From contig OY970382.1 of NCBI GenBank assembly GCA_963719425.1, positions 455,100 to 519,099 of the forward strand: DNA of 64,000 bases, written 5' to 3'. The DNA is from an uncultured bacterium. Lineage in GTDB: Bacteria; Patescibacteriota; Minisyncoccia; UBA6257; 2-01-FULL-56-20. Below are positions 46,713-56,266 of the stretch, piece after piece (the stretch's first letter is position 1; the number at the start of each line of letters is the position of its first letter). The position numbers and the translations under genes were made by a program. The notes below the pieces were generated by a model. That model was given only the letters and a program-made list of their open reading frames with translations, made no database searches and was not told the origin of the DNA.

Positions 46713-47131
46713 GAACCGCCGCCTTGCCTCGGGAACGCTCGTGGTGGATTTCAAAAAACCCTTTTCCTCTCTGGCCGAAACGCACGAGAAGACGCGAAGC
46801 GTCCAAAATATTTTTGAGCTGAATAAACTTTGGTGGTGTTTGTATCATAGCGTTCGGACGCATTTCAAGCAAAATTCCTGATCTGCTACCCCTGCAATTA
46901 CCCCTGCAAACCGGATTGCAGGGGTAGTCAATTGGGTAGTCAATCACAATTGACTGGCCTTTCCTGCGTTTTATGAAGATGCTACCTATCTTTTTGAGAG
47001 AACTCTGACCCCCGACAATACCCCCGAATGGGTCTGTTCAGCCCCCTCAGCCACTCGCACTACATAAGCCAAAATGTTGCTCGTGTCTTCGGGGGCTTCA
47101 CCTCGTCCGGCGTGCCTACAATTCCTCCCCC
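46713..47131 (-). repeat. Internal inverted copy of the island attP junction
   Basis: 46713-46836 is the reverse complement of 45150-45273 (124 bp); 46833-47131 is the reverse complement of 49252-49550 (299 bp, one mismatch seen). Confidence 0.9.
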
Positions 47132-47148
47132 TGCTTTTTAGCCTACCA

Positions 47149-47171
47149 CAATATCCAAAGTTTGGATATTG
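47149..47171. promoter_or_regulatory. Palindromic operator CAATATCCAAA-G-TTTGGATATTG
   Basis: Perfect 11-bp inverted repeat just upstream of the XRE gene. Confidence 0.6.
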
Positions 47172-47198
47172 ATTTTTTGGATGGATGATTTAGAGTAT

Positions 47199-47420
47199 AT
47201 GAGTAAGTCCATCCAAACAAAGGAGTACGCCTATTTTGTCGAGCGATTGCGGAAAGCCAGATTAGACGCAGGGCTAACGCAATTGCAGGTTGCAAAGAAG
47301 ATAGGCCGTCCGCAGTCGCACATCTCGAACATCGAATCAGGGCAACAGAGGGTGGATGTAATCGAGCTAAAGCGGTTTGCGAAGTTGTACAGGAAAAGCA
47401 TCGGATATTTTATAAAATGA
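47199..47420 (+). CDS. XRE-family HTH regulator
   Basis: LRKARLDAGLTQ..VA..IG.PQS.IS.IESGQ.R.DV.EL. Confidence 0.9.
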   Translation: MSKSIQTKEYAYFVERLRKARLDAGLTQLQVAKKIGRPQSHISNIESGQQRVDVIELKRFAKLYRKSIGYFIK

Positions 47421-48538
47421 AAAACCAAAAAGGCTCCATCCAAATACCGTTACTAATCGCAATCATTGCGTGTGTTTTAATTATTGGAGTTGGCGGCTAT
47501 GTGATTGGTATAAAACAGCATCAAAACAATCTAGTTGGGAACAATGGAAAAGAACAGCAAACGCAGGCATCGACAACAGATCAACGAACAAGCGCAGAAA
47601 GTATTACTAAAACTAGTACCCAATCGGGTGATTTAATCAGTCCCCAAATTAGTGGCAAGAAAACTCCAACTCAAGAAACAATCATAACGCCAAGTCTAAA
47701 AACCACACCATCATCATCTATAGGATACATCTCACAAGAAACAACTTTGTATTCCTTAACAGTAAATCAATCTGGTGTAACAAACTTAGTATTCATAAAA
47801 ACGCTATCGAGAGGAACCCAAGTTACCTTAATGAATGACATCTACAAAGACTGGTCAAAGATCATGGTTGATAATCAAGAAGGCTGGGTTTTCACTACAG
47901 ATTTAGTTAATGATGAACCATCGACTCCATTGCCAACTCTGATTAAACAATGGCGGCCAATTGTAGCTTATGTGGAATGTGATTTTCGTGATACTAATAC
48001 CCACGAACTTTATTTGCAAGTGCAGGGATCGGGAGTAGCGATGGATTTTAACGGACAAATTACTGTTGTTACAAACAGACACGTCATTGTCGACCAAAAT
48101 GGGTATCAACCATATATTTGTAGAGCGAAACTACCAGACGACAGCGCGATATTTACAGGCCAGAAATTTACAGGCGGAGGATCAATTGATATTGGATTAA
48201 TTGATATAAATAACCCCGACGAGTACATAAAAAGCTTAACTTCCTCACAAGTGACTCCGATGGATTTTTGTAGACAAAAACCTTCTCTAGGTGACGAGAC
48301 CATTATTTTGGGCTATCCAAGCATAGGGTCACAAACCGATATTACGGCAACGGAAGGTATCATTTCTGGTTATGATGGCGATTACTTCATAACTTCTGCA
48401 AAGATAGATCACGGGAATTCAGGTGGAGCGGCTATATTAGAAAAGGGTAATTGTTATCTGGGAATCCCATCTTTTGCAGTGGCTGGGAGCATTGAATCCT
48501 TATCAAGAATTTTGGATATAAATGCGGCGTTGCGATAG
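47417..48538 (+). CDS. Membrane-anchored trypsin-like serine protease with SH3b-like domain
   Basis: TNRHV, DIG and HGNSGG catalytic triad; W.KI...EGWV. Confidence 0.85.
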   Translation: MKNQKGSIQIPLLIAIIACVLIIGVGGYVIGIKQHQNNLVGNNGKEQQTQASTTDQRTSAESITKTSTQSGDLISPQISGKKTPTQETIITPSLKTTPSSSIGYISQETTLYSLTVNQSGVTNLVFIKTLSRGTQVTLMNDIYKDWSKIMVDNQEGWVFTTDLVNDEPSTPLPTLIKQWRPIVAYVECDFRDTNTHELYLQVQGSGVAMDFNGQITVVTNRHVIVDQNGYQPYICRAKLPDDSAIFTGQKFTGGGSIDIGLIDINNPDEYIKSLTSSQVTPMDFCRQKPSLGDETIILGYPSIGSQTDITATEGIISGYDGDYFITSAKIDHGNSGGAAILEKGNCYLGIPSFAVAGSIESLSRILDINAALR

Positions 48539-48575
48539 TATTTTTTAAATTAAGACAACTAAACAGTTTATATTC

Positions 48576-49196
48576 ATGCTAGATCAAGAGACGCTAAATC
48601 GCTTTATTCACAACGCCAATGTTGCACATCAACAATTCTGCGTTTGGATGTATACGAATAACGAGTTTGCAAAACATCGAGACGATTGGAATAAAATAGC
48701 TGAACCAAGAAAACTTTTTGCAATAGAGGAATTTTCGCGGGATAAAGGATGCAAGTACAAAAACTTTTGGGGCGTGGTAATTTTTTCGCTTCAGCGTGGG
48801 TGGATTTTATCTTTGGCACGGCTGTTTGATCCGTCCTACCATTCACACGATAAGAAAAGAGAGAAGCCGCGATTATCTTTAAATTACATACTGGAATTAC
48901 TTGGCGATGTTTCTCTTGCTCAATCGATTCGTGGCAAATTTAAAAAACACCAGCAAACGATTCAATCGCTAAAGACACAGCGAGACAATTTCATCGCTCA
49001 TAACGATGTGAATTTCAAAGGTACAAAAATTAAAGCGGGTGTAGAAAACTTGTTTGAGGAGTTAAATGAAGCTGTTTCGGATATCAAGCGGAGCAAGAAA
49101 CATCTCGCAAGTTGCGACGATATCAATCTTAAATATACGGAAGTTTTGTCTCGCTGTGGCGTAGATGAAGTTTTTGAGGCATTATTGAGAAGTTAG
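48576..49196 (+). CDS. HEPN-domain (AbiU2-like) protein
   Basis: LARLFD, SL..IL and RDNFIAH (HEPN-type R...H motif). Confidence 0.7.
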   Translation: MLDQETLNRFIHNANVAHQQFCVWMYTNNEFAKHRDDWNKIAEPRKLFAIEEFSRDKGCKYKNFWGVVIFSLQRGWILSLARLFDPSYHSHDKKREKPRLSLNYILELLGDVSLAQSIRGKFKKHQQTIQSLKTQRDNFIAHNDVNFKGTKIKAGVENLFEELNEAVSDIKRSKKHLASCDDINLKYTEVLSRCGVDEVFEALLRS

Positions 49197-49615
49197 CCCG
49201 CTTCGCGGGCAAAAAGCTTGAACTCCCGCGAGGACGTGCCAAAAGGAGGTTGGGGGAGGAATTGTAGGCACGCCGGACGAGGTGAAGCCCCCGAAGACAC
49301 GAGCAACATTTTGGCTTATGTAGTGCGAGTGGCTGAGGGGGCTGAACAGACCCATTCGGGGGTATTGTCGGGGGTCAGAGTTCTCTCAAAAAGATAGGTA
49401 GCATCTTCATAAAACGCAGGAAAGGCCAGTCAATTGTGATTGACTACCCAATTGACTACCCCTGCAATCCGGTTTGCAGGGGTAATTGCAGGGGTAGCAG
49501 ATCAGGAATTTTGCTTGAAATGCGTCCGAACACTATGATACAAACACCACAGAAAAATAAAGGACCGCGACGCGAACGTGCGGTCCCCACAGAGTGGAAA
49601 AAAGGGATAGGGTAA

Positions 49616-50026
49616 CTATACCCTCAGGTCGAGCCGAGGAGGGGTAGCGTAACGGATGGCACAATCGGTCAACGCCCCGAAAAGGGTATACACTTGAATG
49701 ACGTTTTCCACAGACACCCTCTGGCGTTCGCGAATGGCGCAAAGGATCCCCACAGTGGATGCAACCTCCTCCTGCACCACCGCGAGAGATTTGCCTTCTC
49801 TCTCCCTCTCTTCGAAAAACCTCCTGAAGGTGAGAGTCGTTTCCGAACCATCAACTGCGGCAAGTCCTCCACCACAAAGAAATTGAATTGCTTCGCCGAG
49901 AGTCCCATCGTCGATCGTTTCTTCCTCTTGAAATCTTTTGACCCTCGACGAAATGTGTAAACAAAAAAACGCGATCCTTGATGACATATTCCTCTCAAAC
50001 GCCGCGAAAGTGCTGGCTGTCGTCAA
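49616..50026 (-). CDS. Hypothetical protein
   Basis: 136-aa ORF; start may be the internal MSSRIA. Confidence 0.45.
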   Translation of the reverse strand: MTTASTFAAFERNMSSRIAFFCLHISSRVKRFQEEETIDDGTLGEAIQFLCGGGLAAVDGSETTLTFRRFFEEREREGKSLAVVQEEVASTVGILCAIRERQRVSVENVIQVYTLFGALTDCAIRYATPPRLDLRV

Positions 50027-50062
50027 GTATTAACTATCGGAAAGACAATTTCAAGGTATCTC

Positions 50063-50710
50063 TCACAGCCCGAGCGGTTGGCCGGTGAAAATCTGGAAGA
50101 AGAAATTGACGAGAGGCATGAGGAGTTGGAACCCGAAGAAAACAAAGATGAGGACGAGGAACAACCCCCAGCGCTCCAAGAAATACATCACGCGGTAAGT
50201 TGCCTGCGTTTGCGGGAGCGCGGCGAAGAGCACGCGCGAACCGTCCAGGGGTGGAATGGGAACGAGGTTGAAAATGCCGAGAAGGATGTTGATAAACACG
50301 ACAACCGCAAGGAAGGAAAGAAATGCGTCGGAAACGAATGGGAAATAACTCAACACGCGAATGATGATCCCGAAGATCGCGGCGATGAGCAGGTTCGTGC
50401 CCGGTCCCGCGAGCGCGATTTTGACCGAACCGGTCCGCGGATTTTTGAGATTGCGCGGATCGTAGGGCACGGGCTTCGCGGCGGCAAAAAAGAATGCGCC
50501 GCCGGAGGCAATATAAAGGAAAATGGGCAGAAGAACCGAACCGAATGGATCCAGATGCTTCAAGGGATTGAGCGTGAGGCGTCCGGCGTTCCGCGCCGTG
50601 GGATCCCCCAGCCGCTCCGCCTCATAACCGTGCGCGATCTCGTGCAATACCGCCGAAAAGAGCAGGACGATAAATTCAAATATAACGATTGCAACGCCCA
50701 TGGGCCTCAT
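50063..50710 (-). CDS. Site-2 protease (M50) family protein
   Basis: HEIAH; AGP.TN; FNLVPIPPLDG. Confidence 0.93.
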   Translation of the reverse strand: MRPMGVAIVIFEFIVLLFSAVLHEIAHGYEAERLGDPTARNAGRLTLNPLKHLDPFGSVLLPIFLYIASGGAFFFAAAKPVPYDPRNLKNPRTGSVKIALAGPGTNLLIAAIFGIIIRVLSYFPFVSDAFLSFLAVVVFINILLGIFNLVPIPPLDGSRVLFAALPQTQATYRVMYFLERWGLFLVLIFVFFGFQLLMPLVNFFFQIFTGQPLGL

Positions 50711-50830
50711 TGTACCATTGTGGAGGAAGGCACGTCTGCGCAGCATCCTCCGCGCAGCGCCGAATGGCGCGATGGCGCCTGCGTGGCACGGCACAGCGCT
50801 CACGACGTCACGCACTTTCCTTTCCCGCCT

Positions 50831-50903
50831 GCGCCCGTAGCTCAACGGATAGAGCGCGTGGCTTCGAACCACGAGGTTTGGGGTTCAAATCCTCACGGGC
50901 GCG
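50831..50903 (+). tRNA. tRNA-Arg(TCG)
   Basis: GCGCCCG/CGGGCGC acceptor stem; CGTGG-CTTCGAA-CCACG. Confidence 0.94.
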
Positions 50904-50972
50904 CACTTCGGAGATTAAAAAATCATTAAAGAACTTTTGACATTGCGCGATTTTCGCCTACGCTTATGAGCA

Positions 50973-51320
50973 ATGCCGGAGATTACGCTTAATCAGCTTG
51001 CGGAGAATATTGAAAGGCGATTTGACGCTATTGATCTGCGCTTTGAGGCGATGGCTAAACGGTTTGATGCGATGGACCAGCGCTTTGGTGCGATGGACGC
51101 ACAAATTGAGAAGCTGGCGACCGCGGCGCAATCGGAATTCATGACCATCCACAAAGAAATGACTGCCATGGACAACCGCCTCTCGTATGCCATCGGACAA
51201 GTTGACGCCCATCTTTCCGCCTACGCCACACAGTGGAACAGAGAATCCGAAAACCTCCGTAGGTGGACGGGGGAACTTGAAGGCCGGCTCACGCTGCTTG
51301 AACGAAAGCAGGTGTCATAA
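50973..51320 (+). CDS. Coiled-coil heptad-repeat protein
   Basis: RFDAID/RFEAMA/RFDAMD repeats. Confidence 0.7.
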   Translation: MPEITLNQLAENIERRFDAIDLRFEAMAKRFDAMDQRFGAMDAQIEKLATAAQSEFMTIHKEMTAMDNRLSYAIGQVDAHLSAYATQWNRESENLRRWTGELEGRLTLLERKQVS

Positions 51321-51438
51321 GTGAAAAACGTCCGGACCCGACCGGTGGATTTGTCCACAGGCCGCCGCTTTGCGCAGCAGCACTGTCCACAGGTGCCGCT
51401 TTTGCCACGCAGCGGCTTCTTGTATAATAGAGGAAACA

Positions 51439-51927
51439 ATGAAGCTTGAGAAAAAGACGGCGGTTTTGATCATCGTGGGGGTCGTGATCTTTGCGGCGAT
51501 CATTGTATGTGCATATTTGTACGGGCCATCATGGCCAACGATGCCCCAAGCGACCGGTCCCGCGCCTGTCCACGCCCCGCAGGGGCAGGTGGTTGCGGGT
51601 TTCCCCAAAGATCTCATCCTGGACAGCGAGGTGCAGGTGGCGAACAGCTACACCGTCCATTATTCCTCAAACATGCATCAGTACACCGTGCAGTGGAACT
51701 CCTCAAGCTCGGTGGCAAGCATCTATAACAACTACCTCGGGTACCTCCCAACGCACGGCTGGACGATCATGAACCGGTTCACCGCGCGCCCCGACCTGCG
51801 CGGCCTCTACGCGACCGAAACTAACACCACATCATCGGCCAACGTGAACGTCACAATCGCAGTGCGGGGCATGGGGTCACAGGTAAGCGTGAACTACGCG
51901 GTGACGGAGAATCCAATGGCGAAATAA
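51439..51927 (+). CDS. Membrane-anchored exported protein
   Basis: N-terminal TM helix; GFPKDL; GW motif; TATAAT and GAGG upstream. Confidence 0.7.
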   Translation: MKLEKKTAVLIIVGVVIFAAIIVCAYLYGPSWPTMPQATGPAPVHAPQGQVVAGFPKDLILDSEVQVANSYTVHYSSNMHQYTVQWNSSSSVASIYNNYLGYLPTHGWTIMNRFTARPDLRGLYATETNTTSSANVNVTIAVRGMGSQVSVNYAVTENPMAK

Positions 51928-51928
51928 C

Positions 51929-53257
51929 ATGAAAAGGATCTGGTTCATCATAGTGGTTGCGGTGTTCACGCTTTCTTCTTTATTTTTGCTTTCCGTTTCC
52001 CGTGTCGCCTTCGCCGCCGCCGGTGGGTGCGGTTTTAAGATATCCCCGACCGGCGTCACCGTCATCGCTGGAGGAACCGCGACGGTGACAGAAAGTTTTT
52101 CGTGCTCGCCCGTTCCAAAAGGCGACATGGCAACCGACGATGTTACGAACAGCGCCGCCGACCCCTCCATCTTTTACGTGGATCCTGGCAGCTGCTCTAT
52201 CGTGATGGGGAATAATTGCACGGTAACCATCTATGGAGAAAGCGTCGGCACGTCCATTATGACCGCGAACTCCAATATTGCAACGGATTGGCAGGGGTCC
52301 TATACCAAAACCGACACCATTTCTGTTACCGTCACCCCTGCCCCCACCAGCGACATCCTCCCCGCCATGATTTCAATTGACAGCGCTACCGTGAGTGCGG
52401 GTTTGCTCGCGGTGTCCGGCAAGGCAATGGGGCCCTTAATAACACAAGGGCAAGAATGTCCCCAACCCTCAGTCGTAGTAGAAGACGAAGAGGCACTTCC
52501 TCTCATGAATCCGACCTACGCCATAGACGGGGGGTCAAGCACAGCGTTTTCTTTTACGCAGGTGCAGAAGGGCATCGATCAGCCGTGCGGCTCCGCCACC
52601 ACACCAGCCAGACCTTACGAATACTCGTTTTCTTTTAATGTGGATGTGAGCAGTCTTGCTCCCGGCACTCACATGATCACAGTTTGCGCGACGGATGGCG
52701 AAGACCCTGCCGTGTGTGCTTCGAAAACGTTTTCTATCTCTGGCGGAACGATTATCGTCAATTCGGTAAATACTAATGGCCAGCCAGTTGCCGCATCGTG
52801 GACGCTCTTCGGCCCGGTCAACCCTTGCAGCGGATATGGAGGGTCATGCAGCAACGTGTCCCAAGCAACGTATACTAACGTGCCAAGCGGAGGCTATGCC
52901 TTGGATCCCAGCGGCATCCCTTCGGGGTACAGCGATTACACTATTTCCCCGTGCGGTGCCACCGACACTTCCTGCGGGTGGCAGGTCACGAACGGCGGCA
53001 CGTTGACCTTTACTATTGTGTGGTCGGCGAAGCCAATTCTCGCCGCGTCGTGGGGCAGTTGCGGCTCTAACGTACAATCGCTCCAAGAGACCTGGCCGGC
53101 CAACAGCCAGCAAAGCCTCTCGTTTTGCGTATGGAATGCCGGGCCAACGAGTTCAATTCTGACTGGCGTACGCTGCACACAAGGAACAGCCCCAACGGGC
53201 AGCTCGTTGTCTATAATTTGTAATTTCGGGTCGTTAAGCGGCACGGGGGGAGATTAA
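51929..53257 (+). CDS. Secreted Ig-like beta-rich protein
   Basis: Signal peptide; L.PG.H.ITV.A.D; paired cysteines. Confidence 0.75.
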   Translation: MKRIWFIIVVAVFTLSSLFLLSVSRVAFAAAGGCGFKISPTGVTVIAGGTATVTESFSCSPVPKGDMATDDVTNSAADPSIFYVDPGSCSIVMGNNCTVTIYGESVGTSIMTANSNIATDWQGSYTKTDTISVTVTPAPTSDILPAMISIDSATVSAGLLAVSGKAMGPLITQGQECPQPSVVVEDEEALPLMNPTYAIDGGSSTAFSFTQVQKGIDQPCGSATTPARPYEYSFSFNVDVSSLAPGTHMITVCATDGEDPAVCASKTFSISGGTIIVNSVNTNGQPVAASWTLFGPVNPCSGYGGSCSNVSQATYTNVPSGGYALDPSGIPSGYSDYTISPCGATDTSCGWQVTNGGTLTFTIVWSAKPILAASWGSCGSNVQSLQETWPANSQQSLSFCVWNAGPTSSILTGVRCTQGTAPTGSSLSIICNFGSLSGTGGD

Positions 53258-53325
53258 AGTGAGCCCCCACGCTCTCGCAAGCGTAGGGGCTACTAGAAAC
53301 ATCCAAGCAGTAGGCGGGCAGATCC

Positions 53326-55491
53326 CTACTGCGGAAGGATGTAATCGGGGATATAATCGGCAACAACGGCGCAGTTAATGCCGTTGAGTGATCCCCTGCC
53401 AAAGAGCAAGTCGTGGATTTTTCCGTCCATGCCGTTATAGTACACCGATCCGCTCCAAGTGTAGATGGGACCCCCGGGAGCGTGCGGCAGATCAACCCGC
53501 AGCGCCCAAAAAATGGGGGTGGAATACCCCGGGGTCGGACTCCCGTACCACGAAACGACCCCGGCGTCGGTGTTAGAACTTGTGCTACCGACCACCGGAG
53601 CGAGAGCCCCAAGAACATCCCCTCCGCCCCACGGATTTGGGACGGCACCTTCGGCCGTGTTGATGGTGCCATCGTTATTTCCGTCCCATACTGCAAAGAA
53701 CCATGGAGCATATGGGTCTATCAGGTTGTCAACGATTGGCGTGCTGTCCAAACCGAATCGAGAATCCGTCGCCGATGCCTTAACTTGACCCCCGGACAGT
53801 AACTGATCGCCGGCACCGTTCAAGAATAGCTTGGCATGGTACACAGAATCGCCGGTTTGGTCGTTTATCAGTTGACCGTCGTGCGTATAGAGAAGCAAGC
53901 CATCGCTTGTTAGGTTCCCGCTGACGGTGAATACATCAGCTCGAACGCCGATATATCCCGGCTCCACATCCACCCCCGTGAGAACAATCGGGAAGGAGGC
54001 AGCCACCGGAAAATTGCCTATCGGCGTGCCCATGCTCGTGTAGGTGTATATCCAGCTTCCGGTGTTTACGCAACTGGAGCTGGAGGAGCCTGGGGGACAG
54101 TCGCCGTTGACTCCGAGGTATACGTTGTTGGAGGAGTCAACCTTGATCATGGCGCCTTCCGTGCGCGTCCCCGTCGCGGTCTGGAGGTCGGGGACGAAGT
54201 TGCTCACCTGGACCGCGCTGCCATTGAGGGTTACCTGCAGCAGCATGGCCCGGTTCACCCCGTTCTTATCCGCTTCGGAACCCGCTACGTACCAAGCGCT
54301 TGGCCCCGCAGCTATTGAATTGATCGACGAGGTGACTGAATCAGTCCAAACATCCGAGCAACTCTTGTTCGCTGGATCGCAGAGCACAAGCCCGGCGACG
54401 TTGGCGTCGGCGGTGCGCGCGTCGGCTGCCAGAACTTTCGTTCCATCAGCCGAAAGTGCCCCCGCTGCCGTCATTCGAGCGGGCGCTCCGTTGGGGGTGA
54501 GGCGGAAAACCCAAGAAAAGCCAACATTGACGGTTGTAGTGCCAATGGTGGCTCCATCCGCCCCGGTTGCCCGGATAGTGACAGTGGTGAAACCTGGCAA
54601 CCCCTGCGGAGGGGTGTAGGTCGCACTGTCCTCGTTAGGCTCACTCGCCGCACTTGCAACAAAACTTCCCATCCCCGCCGGCACTGTATCCCAGGTCACC
54701 GTCGAAGGGAATGTACCGTTTCCCTCCACGGTCGCCGTGAACACATACGTCATGTTCATGGCGAGCGGGACCGGACCGGACGGCGAAGCGGTGACGTTGG
54801 TTAGCTGACCCAACTGGACTGTAATTTTCGCTGTCGTCGATCCCGCGTCGTTCGTGGCCGTGAGATCAATCTCTGTATTCCACGTAGTAGGAGTCGTCGT
54901 TGGCGCCGTGTAGCTCACCGAGCTGGACGCAACAACGCACGATCCCAAAGCTGAAGCGACAGAACAGGTCACTTTCGTTGGGTTTTCGGTGGTTGTGAAC
55001 CCGACCGTTGCTACCTGTCCCAAGAACACGTTAACACTCGGGAGAAGCGGCGTGACCGTCGGTAAAGGCTCGGTCACCGTCAAACCAACCGAAACGCTGT
55101 GCGTCAGCGTCCCGGAAGCGCCGGTAACCGAGAATGTGTACTTCCCCGTGGCCACGCTGCTGCCGACATTTATCGTAAGAGTAGATGAACCACCGGGAAC
55201 GATAGATGTCGAAGAAAACGTTGTGGCCACGCCTGAGGGCAAATTGGAGACAGACAGCGCAATCGAACCGCTGAATCCTCCGATCGCCGTGGCTGTCACC
55301 GTGCAGGTGCCGCTCGCGCCCTGCTGGATGGATGTCGTGCCCTGCTGGGATGGACACGAGACCGCAAGTGAGAAGTCCGGCGCGGGTTCAAAAATGCCAC
55401 TTCCTCCCCCGCCGCACCCTACGATCAGCTCTAGGAGGCTGATCAGAGAGACAAACACCACTATCCTTACAACAACGCTCGTGCTTCTCAT
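53326..55491 (-). CDS. Lipoprotein with Ig-like domains
   Basis: LIVGC-GGGG lipobox-like start; PDFSL..S...LPSGV...F...SSTLTI repeat. Confidence 0.78.
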   Translation of the reverse strand: MRSTSVVVRIVVFVSLISLLELIVGCGGGGSGIFEPAPDFSLAVSCPSQQGTTSIQQGASGTCTVTATAIGGFSGSIALSVSNLPSGVATTFSSTSIVPGGSSTLTINVGSSVATGKYTFSVTGASGTLTHSVSVGLTVTEPLPTVTPLLPSVNVFLGQVATVGFTTTENPTKVTCSVASALGSCVVASSSVSYTAPTTTPTTWNTEIDLTATNDAGSTTAKITVQLGQLTNVTASPSGPVPLAMNMTYVFTATVEGNGTFPSTVTWDTVPAGMGSFVASAASEPNEDSATYTPPQGLPGFTTVTIRATGADGATIGTTTVNVGFSWVFRLTPNGAPARMTAAGALSADGTKVLAADARTADANVAGLVLCDPANKSCSDVWTDSVTSSINSIAAGPSAWYVAGSEADKNGVNRAMLLQVTLNGSAVQVSNFVPDLQTATGTRTEGAMIKVDSSNNVYLGVNGDCPPGSSSSSCVNTGSWIYTYTSMGTPIGNFPVAASFPIVLTGVDVEPGYIGVRADVFTVSGNLTSDGLLLYTHDGQLINDQTGDSVYHAKLFLNGAGDQLLSGGQVKASATDSRFGLDSTPIVDNLIDPYAPWFFAVWDGNNDGTINTAEGAVPNPWGGGDVLGALAPVVGSTSSNTDAGVVSWYGSPTPGYSTPIFWALRVDLPHAPGGPIYTWSGSVYYNGMDGKIHDLLFGRGSLNGINCAVVADYIPDYILPQ

Positions 55492-55661
55492 CGCTTTTTA
55501 CCTCCGGCCAGCCTCCTACGGCTGACCATCATATTCTAAACGTTGCGGGCTCCCTCAACCTACGAGAGTTACCCGAAACTATCTATACTATACCAGTTTC
55601 CGCGCAGAAAGTCAAAAGTCGGAAAAACGCGAATTTGATGGTAAATTGAACATGTAAACCT

Positions 55662-56111
55662 ATGGACTGCATCTTCTGCAAAATAGCAAAAGGAGAGGCG
55701 CCTGCGCATACGATATGGGAGGATGAAAAACATTTGGCGTTCCTCTCTATTTTCCCCAATACAGAAGGCTTCTCGGTGGTGATTACGAAGGAACACTTTC
55801 CAAGCTATCCTTTTGATTTACCTGAGGAGATATTGGTCGGACTGCTTTTGGCGACGAAGAAAGTCGCGAAGCTTTTGGATGACAAGCTTGATGATGTCGG
55901 GCGGACCGGTATGATTTTTGAAGGTTTTGGTGTTGACCATGTGCATGCAAAACTTTTTCCCATGCACGGTACAAAAATGCCGGAATGGAAACCGCTCAAG
56001 TCAAAGATCAATAAATACTTTGAGAAGTATGAGGGCTATATCTCATCTCATGATTACAAGCGTGCCGATGATGAAAAGTTAGCGCGGCTCGCGGAGAAGA
56101 TCAGGAGCTGA
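55662..56111 (+). CDS. HIT family hydrolase
   Basis: MDCIFCKI; VDHVH. Confidence 0.9.
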   Translation: MDCIFCKIAKGEAPAHTIWEDEKHLAFLSIFPNTEGFSVVITKEHFPSYPFDLPEEILVGLLLATKKVAKLLDDKLDDVGRTGMIFEGFGVDHVHAKLFPMHGTKMPEWKPLKSKINKYFEKYEGYISSHDYKRADDEKLARLAEKIRS

Positions 56112-56266
56112 TTTTGTTAAATAGGGGAGGCTCGGGAGATCAATGCTCTCTGGCAACGGAAATTCTTGGTCAAGACTGGACAAGGTTCAATTTATCTGCA
56201 ACCGATTTCACTGTCATCACCAAAACCCTTTTATGCACACCCCTATAATCTATTCACAATGCTATA

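Larger units (their letters stand above)
45150..49550. mobile_element. 4.4-kb LSR genomic island integrated at tRNA-Ala (CCAC core)
   Basis: attL GGTCCAC|CAAAG, attR AAACACCAC|AGAAA; AT-rich cargo. Confidence 0.85.

Noticed and set aside
46650-46754. 35-aa N-terminal extension of the recombinase in the ORF track
   Set aside because: It comes from the duplicated inverted repeat; the catalytic domain starts at MNKYF (46649).
51330-51392. TGTCCACAGG twice as DnaA boxes/oriC, or an att remnant (reverse strand reads VRTFF)
   Set aside because: Only two imperfect boxes and no AT-rich unwinding region; the spacing to CCAC is 29 rather than 27 and the core does not match tRNA-Arg.
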